Source: a virus. From it: 64,000 bases of DNA. Position numbers and translations under genes: made by a program. Below, in pieces: positions 43,386 to 50,358 of the stretch (positions within the stretch are counted from its first letter, which is position 1; each line of letters begins with the position of its first letter). Below the pieces are notes generated by a model, which was not told the DNA's origin, ran no database searches, and saw nothing but the letters and a program-made list of their open reading frames with translations. The stretch covers positions 1-64,000 of IMG/VR virus record IMGVR_UViG_3300045391_004887; one strand, written 5' to 3'.

Positions 43386-43934
43386 TCACGTGAACACCTC
43401 AATGCGGACTCCACAGGTCCGCCTCTTTTCTTGAGCGCACTCCCACCTCACATCGGGACTGCGATCATTGATACCGAGCCAGTCGGCCACCCCATCACGG
43501 ACGCGGAACAGGCTGACCTCGAGGTTGTCGCCGGCGTCGAGCTCGTGCGGCGCGAGTCTCACTATCCGAACGCGGCACGGCGGCTTGATCTTGAGGCCCT
43601 GAACGTTCGCATACGCGCGCATCGATAACGCCACCGCGGTCCGCATGTCGCCCCGCGCGCGGTGCTTCTTCTGCCAACCGACGTGGTCGTTCTTCTCGCT
43701 GACCGTGTGGATCGGCAGCTCCACAACGAGCGTCGCACCTTTGCTTGCGAGCGCCTTCGCCTCGGCCGCTTCCTGCACCGCGGCCTGATCTCGCTTCGCC
43801 TGTTCCACTCGAGCTCGACGCCACGCGGCGACCAGCTTGGCCATCGTCTTCGACAGCTGAACGTCCCCGGCGAGCACGAGCTGATCGCGGAAGCGCTCGA
43901 GCTGCGGACCGATGCTCTCGGCGACCGCGCTCAA
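43386..43934 (-). CDS. RusA-like Holliday-junction resolvase with N-terminal extension (182 aa)
   Basis: …LPIHTVSEKNDHVGWQKKHRARGDMRTAVAL…RLAPHELDAGDNLEVSLFRVRDGVADWLG… resembles the RusA acidic catalytic pattern. TTGA-coupled. Confidence 0.55.
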   Translation of the reverse strand: MSAVAESIGPQLERFRDQLVLAGDVQLSKTMAKLVAAWRRARVEQAKRDQAAVQEAAEAKALASKGATLVVELPIHTVSEKNDHVGWQKKHRARGDMRTAVALSMRAYANVQGLKIKPPCRVRIVRLAPHELDAGDNLEVSLFRVRDGVADWLGINDRSPDVRWECAQEKRRTCGVRIEVFT

Positions 43935-44458
43935 GCCGCCTCCCCTTCCTGCGATGGGTAGAGGGCGCGCTGGACGTCAGCGGGATCGCATGGGCGCAGC
44001 GTCGGCGCGCTCGCTCTGTACTCGGTCGTGTGGTGCCACGGCACGGGCGGCACGCCGTTGCTGAACGCTAGGACCCCCGAGAGCAGCAGATGGCGAAGAC
44101 CAGGCCACGCGCGAACGCATGCACCGAACCCGCGCTCGTCAACGATCAGGTGCCGGGAGAGCTCGTCAGCAGCGAACCAGGCGAAGGCCCTGGCGACGTC
44201 GTCCGGCATACCAGTGGGAGTGGCGAGACCGGCGTCGTCGGCAACGTCGCTTCCTTCGGGCAGATGCTCGACGATGAACTGGCCTTTGGGAACGCGCCCG
44301 AGCGGCCGCGAGATCCCAACCTCTCCGTCGAACCTGGTGCGGACGATGAAGCGGCCGACCTGGATTCCGGAGACCTCGACGAATCGGCCAACGTCCAGCC
44401 GCACGCGGTACCGCACCGCGCAGGGATCGACGTCCTCGCTCGTGGCGCCGATGTTCAC
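43931..44458 (-). CDS. Hypothetical protein (175 aa)
   Basis: Start trimmed to GTG 44458..44456, in a GTGA overlap with the stop of the unlisted 48-aa ORF. Confidence 0.5.
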   Translation of the reverse strand: MNIGATSEDVDPCAVRYRVRLDVGRFVEVSGIQVGRFIVRTRFDGEVGISRPLGRVPKGQFIVEHLPEGSDVADDAGLATPTGMPDDVARAFAWFAADELSRHLIVDERGFGACVRAWPGLRHLLLSGVLAFSNGVPPVPWHHTTEYRASAPTLRPCDPADVQRALYPSQEGEAA

Positions 44459-44601
44459 TTCGCGGGCCTCTCGATCTGCAACGGCCCGCAACCACCGCAG
44501 TTCAGGCCGTACACGTTCGAGCCGACTTTGATGCCGCCAAAGAAGAACGCGAGCGCGAGGCAGAATAGAACCATCTCGATGAAGTCACGCATCACGCGCA
44601 T
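44455..44601 (-). CDS. Small membrane protein (48 aa), below the ORF-track size cut-off
   Basis: GGAGGTG SD, then ATG: MRVMRDFIEMVLFCLALAFFFGGIKVGSNVYGLNCGGCGPLQIERPAK. Stop overlaps the next gene's GTG. Confidence 0.5.
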   Translation of the reverse strand: MRVMRDFIEMVLFCLALAFFFGGIKVGSNVYGLNCGGCGPLQIERPAK

Positions 44602-44622
44602 CACGCACCTCCGACTTTTGCG

Positions 44623-45135
44623 TCACGGCCATCGGGCACCTCGATTCACCGGCTTGATCACCTCGCCGTCGACTTCGATTCCGCGCAGGTACTGGCCACG
44701 CGACTCGAGCCACTCCGCGACGTTGCCCTTGAACTCACGCAGCGACGCGGCGATCAGCGCATCACGAACGTCGATGCGGCCCTTCCCTCGAGGCCCGACC
44801 ACGAGCAGCACCGTGCTGGTCTCGAGCGCAGTCAGCATCGGCGCTTGCAGCTCGAGCACCTGGCGGCACGCGACGCCCGCGCTGTGCCCACGCTGCGCGT
44901 AGCCGCCGGCGCCGTTGCTTACGAACTCGCCGCAGTCGGGGCACGAGTACACGCCGTCTTGGACGTGGCAGCCGTGCCTGCAGCCAGGGCACACGCCCGT
45001 AGCTGCCTTCTGCCGCGCCGGTACCGGCTTCGGTGGGTCGTAGCGGCGTCCCGGTGGGCTGGCTTCGCGAGCGCGCGCGGCCTGCAGCTGAAGCTGCGCC
45101 TTGTCGCTCGGCTTGGGACCGGCTTGGGTGGTCAT
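44623..45135 (-). CDS. Zinc-ribbon protein (170 aa)
   Basis: Start trimmed to ATG 45135..45133 (ATGA overlap with the DnaC-like stop). Contains CPGCRHGCHVQDGVYSCPDCG. Confidence 0.55.
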   Translation of the reverse strand: MTTQAGPKPSDKAQLQLQAARAREASPPGRRYDPPKPVPARQKAATGVCPGCRHGCHVQDGVYSCPDCGEFVSNGAGGYAQRGHSAGVACRQVLELQAPMLTALETSTVLLVVGPRGKGRIDVRDALIAASLREFKGNVAEWLESRGQYLRGIEVDGEVIKPVNRGARWP

Positions 45136-45773
45136 GGCTTTCGGCTCCGCAGGTCCGGCCCCGAATCGCTGATCCACACCGCGATGCCGGGCTCACCGAG
45201 CCGGCTCTGCAGTCGCGCGTCCGCGTACGTCTTGAGAAACGCCGCCTTCGCGATGTTCGCGATCGCGATGGTCTTCTGCCCACGCTTACGGCGCTCGTCC
45301 ACGAGGTCGAGCAGCGCGGCCGACATGTTGCCCGCGTCCCGCTCGCGGCCGATGTCGTCGACCACGAGCAAGCGGGTCGCGAGCATCGCGGAGAACGTCT
45401 CGGCCTCTTCGCCGAATCGCGCGCTCGCTAGGCGTTCAAGCTCGCGTGCACCGACGTACCTGCCTCCCGACTGCACCAGGGCCCATGCGGCAGCAAGCGT
45501 CTTCCCGCGGCCGGTTGAGCCCACGAGCAGCGCCCATGGGACATCCGATGTGAGCCAGGCAGAGATCGCCGAGATCGTGCGCAACGACATGTCGAGCCCG
45601 TCGCGCATCAAGAGGTCGTGATCGGCCGCCGTGATCGGCAGGTTCAGCCCATCAATCGCGCTCTTGCGCGCGAAAACGGCCTGCTCTCGCTTGAACGCCG
45701 CTTCCTGTGCGATCTCGGCCTCGGTTGGCTCTTTCCAGTTCGCCAAGATGGCGTTGAAGTCGACCTTACGCAT
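45132..45773 (-). CDS. DnaC / IstB-like AAA+ helicase loader (213 aa)
   Basis: Walker A LLVGSTGRGKTLAAAWAL and Walker B LLVVDDIGRE. Directly follows the replication-initiator-like gene. Confidence 0.8.
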   Translation of the reverse strand: MRKVDFNAILANWKEPTEAEIAQEAAFKREQAVFARKSAIDGLNLPITAADHDLLMRDGLDMSLRTISAISAWLTSDVPWALLVGSTGRGKTLAAAWALVQSGGRYVGARELERLASARFGEEAETFSAMLATRLLVVDDIGRERDAGNMSAALLDLVDERRKRGQKTIAIANIAKAAFLKTYADARLQSRLGEPGIAVWISDSGPDLRSRKP

Positions 45774-46731
45774 TGCTTGTCGCTCCTCGCGCGCGGCTCG
45801 CAGCCATCAGCGCTTCGTAGTCGTCGGGCTCGGCGTCGAACTCGGCTGCGGTACTCACAGGCGCTGGCGCGCCCTTGCGACGCTCTCCCGTGCGGCGCTC
45901 GGCCGCGTACTTCTGCCAGTGCTTGCGGACGTGCCGAGGGGTTGCGTTGTCGCGACACCAGTCGTCGCTCTTCAGCGCATGCAACGCGCGGTCGAGCTCG
46001 GCGCGCGGCTGGTCGGCGATCCAGTTCAGGTCATCGATCCATGCAACCGGATCCCATGTGCTGCCGACGATGCGCTTGATCTCGTCGCTCGCGGCTTGCG
46101 CGATGACTCCGCTGCTTGCGTAAGGCTTCGCCGCGATCACCTCAGCTGCGAGCGTTGGCGACTGAGCCGGGACTGCCACGATCGGCCTGAGCTCCGAGAC
46201 TACGGACTCGGGCGCGCGCGCCTGCTCATGCGCTTGATCCTGATAATGCTCCTGCTCTTGTTCCTGCTCTTGGCTTCGAAGGGGCTTCGAAGGGGCTTCT
46301 GAAGAGCAGATTTGGAGCTCGTACGGGAGCTGATAAGGCTCTCTGTAGGTCTTGACGAACTCCCAGAAGAAGCGGTGATCTTTGAACTTTTCGATCCACT
46401 CGATCACCATCTTGTGGCGGTTATCCGTGCACTTTAGCGTTCGTCCGATCTGCTCCCTCGCCATGTGGGTCACCCACATGAGCTCGGAAGCCTCGTCGTG
46501 CTGGCAGAACCCCTCTTCAGAGAGCCTTGCAAGGCCCTTCGAAGCCCCTTCCGGAGAGATGCCGATTTCGTGATAGAGCGTCGGGAGGGCGAGATAGAAA
46601 AGCCCCGTCATGTGCTGCGACGGGCAGGTCATGATGTAGAAGCAAACGCGCTGCGCGTCGGCATCACCGCGTAGGCGTTTGCCGGTTCCGCGCGTCCAGA
46701 AATGGGGGCTGACCTTGCTGTAGTCCCTCAT
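45766..46731 (-). CDS. Replication initiator-like protein (321 aa) with a low-GC, repeat-bearing central region
   Basis: Start trimmed to ATG 46731..46729: MRDYSKVSPHFWTRGTGKRLRGDADAQRVCFYIMTCPSQHMTGLFYLALPTLYHEIG… Has an SQEQEQEQEH linker. Upstream of the DnaC-like loader. The upstream part of the track ORF is junk. Confidence 0.65.
   Translation of the reverse strand: MRDYSKVSPHFWTRGTGKRLRGDADAQRVCFYIMTCPSQHMTGLFYLALPTLYHEIGISPEGASKGLARLSEEGFCQHDEASELMWVTHMAREQIGRTLKCTDNRHKMVIEWIEKFKDHRFFWEFVKTYREPYQLPYELQICSSEAPSKPLRSQEQEQEQEHYQDQAHEQARAPESVVSELRPIVAVPAQSPTLAAEVIAAKPYASSGVIAQAASDEIKRIVGSTWDPVAWIDDLNWIADQPRAELDRALHALKSDDWCRDNATPRHVRKHWQKYAAERRTGERRKGAPAPVSTAAEFDAEPDDYEALMAASRARGATSNA
46272..46304. 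repeat. Three tandem 11-bp repeats (GGCTTCGAAGG x2, GGCTTCTGAAG), iteron-like
   Basis: Read directly at 46272-46282, 46283-46293 and 46294-46304. Lies inside the replication gene at the edge of its AT-richer segment. Confidence 0.6.
46513..46548. repeat. Inverted copies of the same 11-mer (exact CCTTCGAAGCC at 46536-46546; degenerate CTCTTCAGAGAGCC at about 46513-46526)
   Basis: Read directly. Together with 46272-46304 they flank a ~200-bp stretch of lower GC. Confidence 0.5.
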
Positions 46732-46793
46732 CAACTGCTCCCAGCCTTCCTCCGCGCCCGACTGCTGCGCTGCTGCTGACCCTTGCTCAGCCC

Positions 46794-47477
46794 TCAACCC
46801 TCCGACTCGATCTCCGTCTGCTTCTCGTCCGGCTCGCCCGCTGGCGCAGCCTCGGCCTGTGGATCGTCGACGTTCATGGGCATCACCACGAACGTGCCCT
46901 TGTAGCCGGCGATGTTCTGGACGATGTCGAACCGCATCGCGGAGAGGCGCGTCTTGGGCGCCGTGATCTCCACCGCGTGACCTGGCCGAGACGCGCAGCG
47001 CAGCACGCGAGCGAGTAGCTCGGGGTTGAACGCCCACGACGCCACAGCCTCGGCGCCTGGCACGTAGGCGTCGGGGATCACCTTGTCGTAGGGGATCTCG
47101 ATCTGCTCTGCTGACTTGGGGATGACGATCTTCGATGACTGCAGCAGGAGCTGCACCAGCGAGCGACCGACTTGGAGCTCTACAGCGGTCTCCGAGCGCT
47201 CTTTCTGATCGAGCCGAGAGAGCAGCTTCTCGAGCACGGGCAGATGCTCAGTCGCGATGCTGAACGAGGTGGGCTCGCTGCACGACGAGACATCGGCGCT
47301 GACCTTGCCGAGGGTGTGACCGTCGGTCGCGTAGCACTCGAGGTCCGTCTTGTCGGCGGAGAAGTGCAAGAGCATCAGGTGCGGGCGTTCCGTGTCCTTG
47401 CCCGCGAGCGGCTTGCACGCCTGAATCAGCGTCAGCAGCTTGTCGGCGATGATCGTGATCGTCGGCTTCTCAGGCAC
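46794..47477 (-). CDS. Two-domain DNA polymerase III beta-clamp homologue (about 227 aa)
   Basis: …ECYATDGHTLGKV… (cf. the ATDGHRL motif), …IEIPYDKVIPDA… (cf. FPDY..V.P), …WAFNPELLARVL…GTFVVMPMNV (cf. the C-terminal …FN..YL…YVVMPMRL). About 140 aa shorter than bacterial DnaN. Start taken as GTG 47477, 6 nt after GGAGG; the track start is TTG 47483. Confidence 0.7.
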   Translation of the reverse strand: MPEKPTITIIADKLLTLIQACKPLAGKDTERPHLMLLHFSADKTDLECYATDGHTLGKVSADVSSCSEPTSFSIATEHLPVLEKLLSRLDQKERSETAVELQVGRSLVQLLLQSSKIVIPKSAEQIEIPYDKVIPDAYVPGAEAVASWAFNPELLARVLRCASRPGHAVEITAPKTRLSAMRFDIVQNIAGYKGTFVVMPMNVDDPQAEAAPAGEPDEKQTEIESEG

Positions 47478-47802
47478 CAGCAACCTCCGAGCTCAGGTAG
47501 ACGAAAGCGGATCTCACAGGCGCGTCCGCCCGTTCGTTGACAGCACCGGTGCTGCTGACGTCGTGGTGCTGCACTGCCGTCCGCCGCGGCAGCAGTGGGG
47601 TGTACTCACACCCTCATAGATTGAAGCCCGGTTGCCGCTGCGAACGATCGCAGCGACGAGGACGCCGGGCGCGCCCGCAGCGGCCATTACTTCTGGTGCC
47701 GCTCTGAAAAGCTGCCCGGTCTCGCGACGCCGAGTCTTCTGCTCGTACGCTGCAGCTACGTCGCTCGTGTGCCGCCGGGCGCGGCTCTCCATTTTTGTCT
47801 GA

Positions 47803-47881
47803 GTGGCGGGTGAGGGAATCGAACCCCCTTTGCGCAAGCGCGAGCGATGTACAGTCGCCCTGCCCTCCATGGGCTCCCCGC
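47803..47881 (-). tRNA. Second tRNA-Tyr(GTA)-like gene, 79 nt; non-canonical C37 and G7.A66
   Basis: GGCGGGG AG CCC ATGGA GGG CAG GGCGA CTGTACA TCGCT CGCGCTTGCGCAAA GGGGG TTCGATT CCCTC ACCCGCC A. Same architecture as 43212..43290, with compensatory stem changes. Confidence 0.5.
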
Positions 47882-47895
47882 CGACAGCTGAAGCG

Positions 47896-48348
47896 TTACG
47901 CATCGCCAGCCCCCTGGCGGGCCACGACCTCGCAGGTATCCACGACCTCGAATGCCTGCTTCGCAGCGGCGACCGCTCTCGACTGGCTGTGGAGCTCGTC
48001 GGTGTAATGCTCGGCGCACCACGACCATGTGGTGGTGCGCCTGGTCGCCGGCCGGATGACATCGGCACGCTGCACGATGCAGTCGCAGCACGGAGGGTCC
48101 GCGCCCTTCGCCAGCTGTTCGAGCGCACGACTCCCGCGCGTTTGATCGCTACAGGACCTCGCGACTCTGAGCAGCAACTCCCGGCGATACTCGTCGCTCA
48201 CCGCATCGACCAGCTCGCAGTCCGCAGCCTTTGCGAACGACTCGGGCCAGCCGCAGCAGATGACTTCGCCGCGCTCTTCGTCGCACGCGAGTACCCACGT
48301 CTCGCCGGACGGCTTGTGCAGGACGTGATCGCCAGCCCGGAAGGTCAC
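47896..48348 (-). CDS. Cys-rich hypothetical protein (150 aa)
   Basis: Start trimmed to GTG 48348..48346 (GTGA overlap): VTFRAGDHVLHKPSGETWVLACDEERGEVICCGWPESFAKAADCELV…. Confidence 0.55.
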   Translation of the reverse strand: MTFRAGDHVLHKPSGETWVLACDEERGEVICCGWPESFAKAADCELVDAVSDEYRRELLLRVARSCSDQTRGSRALEQLAKGADPPCCDCIVQRADVIRPATRRTTTWSWCAEHYTDELHSQSRAVAAAKQAFEVVDTCEVVARQGAGDA

Positions 48349-48509
48349 CGTGGCACCTCGCTCGACGCGCGTGTGCCCCACTGCACGCGCACGGGCTCAC
48401 CGTCGCTGCCGCTTAGGTCGATGCGGTAGACCTTGCCGCCAACGCTCACGCCGCGGACGAACAGCTCCAGGATCACGAAGAACAGCAGCCAAGCGATGAC
48501 GTTACGCAT
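48345..48509 (-). CDS. Small membrane protein (54 aa)
   Basis: Internal ATG 48509..48507: MRNVIAWLLFFVILELFVRGVSVGGKVYRIDLSGSDGEPVRVQW…. Confidence 0.5.
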   Translation of the reverse strand: MRNVIAWLLFFVILELFVRGVSVGGKVYRIDLSGSDGEPVRVQWGTRASSEVPR

Positions 48510-48612
48510 GCGGACCGTCCTTCCCGTACAGCGTCGATAGAAGTGCGACCCACGCGACGGCGAACGCAGCGGGACCAAGCAGGCAGGCGGCGAGGATCAG
48601 CGCTGTCGTCAT
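48502..48612 (-). CDS. Small membrane peptide (36 aa), below the ORF-track cut-off
   Basis: ATG 48612..48610 in an ATGA overlap with the stop of 48609..48845: MTTALILAACLLGPAAFAVAWVALLSTLYGKDGPHA. Confidence 0.4.
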   Translation of the reverse strand: MTTALILAACLLGPAAFAVAWVALLSTLYGKDGPHA

Positions 48613-48845
48613 GACCGATCACCAACCCGCACCCGCCGACCAACCCGAGTCTCGCGATGCGCGCGCGGCGGCGGCGCTGGCTCGCTCGGGCGCAGCGGAA
48701 CGACCTGCTCGACGAGCTCAGCGGCCGAGTCGAAACGGTGCTGTTGCGCGGGGCGCACGCGCGCCAGGTAGCGGTCGAGCTCGTAGCGCACGAGAGCGCG
48801 GCCGAGCAGCGTCTCGACGTCCGTCTGCGCGATGTCAGCGGACAT
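48609..48845 (-). CDS. Hypothetical protein (78 aa)
   Basis: ORF-track protein. Overlaps the upstream gene by 11 nt. Confidence 0.45.
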   Translation of the reverse strand: MSADIAQTDVETLLGRALVRYELDRYLARVRPAQQHRFDSAAELVEQVVPLRPSEPAPPPRAHRETRVGRRVRVGDRS

Positions 48846-49425
48846 CGGCCACCTCCCGCATGAGGTCCGCGGAGACCTGCTCGAGCTTGCCGGCCAGATC
48901 GATCACGGTGCTCGCGAAGGATCGGACCCGAGAGTCGTCACTCTCTTCGAGCTGTGAGGCCGCGAGCCGAAGCGCGTCCGCTGGTTCGCGCACGATCGAG
49001 TGAACGAACCGAGCGAGCGGGCTGTGCCTCGTCGCATCGAGAGCCGAGTCGAGAGCCGTCAGCTGAACTTCGCTGGACGAACGCGCAGCTTGCGTTGCCG
49101 GTTGCGATGCATCATGGTGCTGAGCGACGGCTTGTACATGCGTCGAAGCGGTACCTTCAGCATTCGCACCGGCAGCGCGCGCCTTGAGCAGCTCGGCCTG
49201 CACGCACGGCACGCAGAGCGCGGTCTTGCCGATCGTGATGCGCATGCGGTAACGACCGCAGCGATCGCAGGGCTCGATCGCGGAAGTGTTGCCGCGCGGG
49301 ATGGCGCCGCCCCGAGGTGGACGCTCGGCGTTCAGCGCACCGTTCAGCTGTGGGGCTCGCGCGTCTTTGGTCGAGCGCAATTCGCGATCTGGGCGAGCGT
49401 CGGCGTCGATGGTTGGTGGCGCCAT
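48835..49425 (-). CDS. Hypothetical protein with a zinc ribbon (196 aa)
   Basis: CDRCGRYRMRITIGKTALCVPC, with a helical C-terminal half. Confidence 0.55.
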   Translation of the reverse strand: MAPPTIDADARPDRELRSTKDARAPQLNGALNAERPPRGGAIPRGNTSAIEPCDRCGRYRMRITIGKTALCVPCVQAELLKARAAGANAEGTASTHVQAVAQHHDASQPATQAARSSSEVQLTALDSALDATRHSPLARFVHSIVREPADALRLAASQLEESDDSRVRSFASTVIDLAGKLEQVSADLMREVADVR

Positions 49426-49428
49426 CGT

Positions 49429-49647
49429 TCAGACCTCCATCTCGGTGGGCTGAGAGGTGGATCGCTCGGCGGCGAGCTCGGCTTGGCACCGCGCGCAGTC
49501 GCGCACGAGCACAGTCGGATCCGCGGGGCACGTCGGGTTCTTCGGGTCGCCGCGCCACTTCCGCCGGCCGTTGAACTGGCAAGCCACATGGTGGCCGCGA
49601 GCGCGAACGCACTCGTGATGCCGGCAGGCTGGTTGGCCCATGGGCAT
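49429..49647 (-). CDS. Small Cys/His-rich protein (72 aa)
   Basis: MPMGQPACRHHECVRARGHHVACQFNGRRKWRGDPKNPTCPADPTVLVRDCARCQ…. Confidence 0.5.
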   Translation of the reverse strand: MPMGQPACRHHECVRARGHHVACQFNGRRKWRGDPKNPTCPADPTVLVRDCARCQAELAAERSTSQPTEMEV

Positions 49648-49650
49648 CGG

Positions 49651-50043
49651 TCAGGCTCCGACCGATGGCTGCGTGATCGAGTTGAAAATCGGCGCGCGAG
49701 ACGCGTCGCGACGGCGAACGTTCAGAACGTTCTCGCCGTCTGCGATCAGCTGCACGATCAGCTGATGCTCGGCGTACTCGCCGTCGTACCAACCGCGCGC
49801 GCATGCGACGACGTCGAAGCTGTAGCGCTCGATGCCGTCCGAACGCATCGCGTCGTGGATAGGTTGGCGGCAGGGCCCGTATTCGTCGCGGCGTGCGTAC
49901 GTGCGGTGCAGGCTCCATCGCGCCGCGACCTTGCGCGTGCAGCCGACATAAACGCCGGACGGTCCGCGGATCGTGTAGATGTGCCGAACAGCCGAACGGT
50001 CGATCGGCTTGCGACGCTTACGTTTCGGGGCCGACGCGCTCAC
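49651..50043 (-). CDS. GIY-YIG domain protein (130 aa)
   Basis: …RHIYTIRGPSGVYVGCTRKVAARWSLHRT… fits the spacing GIY-x(9-11)-Y(I/V)G…R…H. GTGA-coupled to the Cro-like gene. Confidence 0.6.
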   Translation of the reverse strand: MSASAPKRKRRKPIDRSAVRHIYTIRGPSGVYVGCTRKVAARWSLHRTYARRDEYGPCRQPIHDAMRSDGIERYSFDVVACARGWYDGEYAEHQLIVQLIADGENVLNVRRRDASRAPIFNSITQPSVGA

Positions 50044-50288
50044 AACGCCTGCTCCTGCTCAGCGGCCGTCTGCGGATCGGGCGGGTCGAGCAGGATTGCG
50101 TACGGGGAGCAGCGGTAGAGATGCGCGAGCTTGATCAGCGCCGAGAGCGGTATCTCGGTGAAGCCCGTCTCCCAGCGGGAGACCGTGCCCTTCTTCACGC
50201 CGAAGTGGTCGGCGACCTGCTGCTGACTGAGCTTTGCGCGCTTGCGTTCAGCCTTCGCGCGCTTACCAACTTCTTTCGCTGTCATCAT
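50040..50288 (-). CDS. Cro-like XRE-family HTH regulator (82 aa), first gene of the minus-strand train
   Basis: …KRAKLSQQQVADHFGVKKGTVSRWETG… Divergent from the CI-like gene. Confidence 0.8.
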   Translation of the reverse strand: MMTAKEVGKRAKAERKRAKLSQQQVADHFGVKKGTVSRWETGFTEIPLSALIKLAHLYRCSPYAILLDPPDPQTAAEQEQAL

Positions 50289-50338
50289 GGCGTGATGACA
50301 CGGTACTCATGTCGTGATTACTCGTCAACCGGGAAACC

Positions 50339-50358
50339 GCATTCGTTGCAACGAATGC
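50339..50358. promoter_or_regulatory. Perfect 20-bp palindrome GCATTCGTTG/CAACGAATGC in the divergent switch region (operator candidate)
   Basis: Read directly. Lies in the lower-GC spacer between the two HTH genes. Confidence 0.55.

Noticed and set aside
43212-43389. Treating the two tRNA-like sequences as attL/attR of a nested integrated element
   Set aside because: Both copies are full-length cloverleaves rather than a full gene plus a 3' fragment. The 5' halves covary rather than match. No integrase lies between them. Kept only as a minor alternative in the tRNA finding.
47514-48128. 204-aa ORF spanning tRNA-Tyr-2
   Set aside because: Arg/Ser-rich. Its middle (…RLRKGGSIPSPATQTK…) is just the translated tRNA T arm. 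It overlaps the better 47896..48348 gene.
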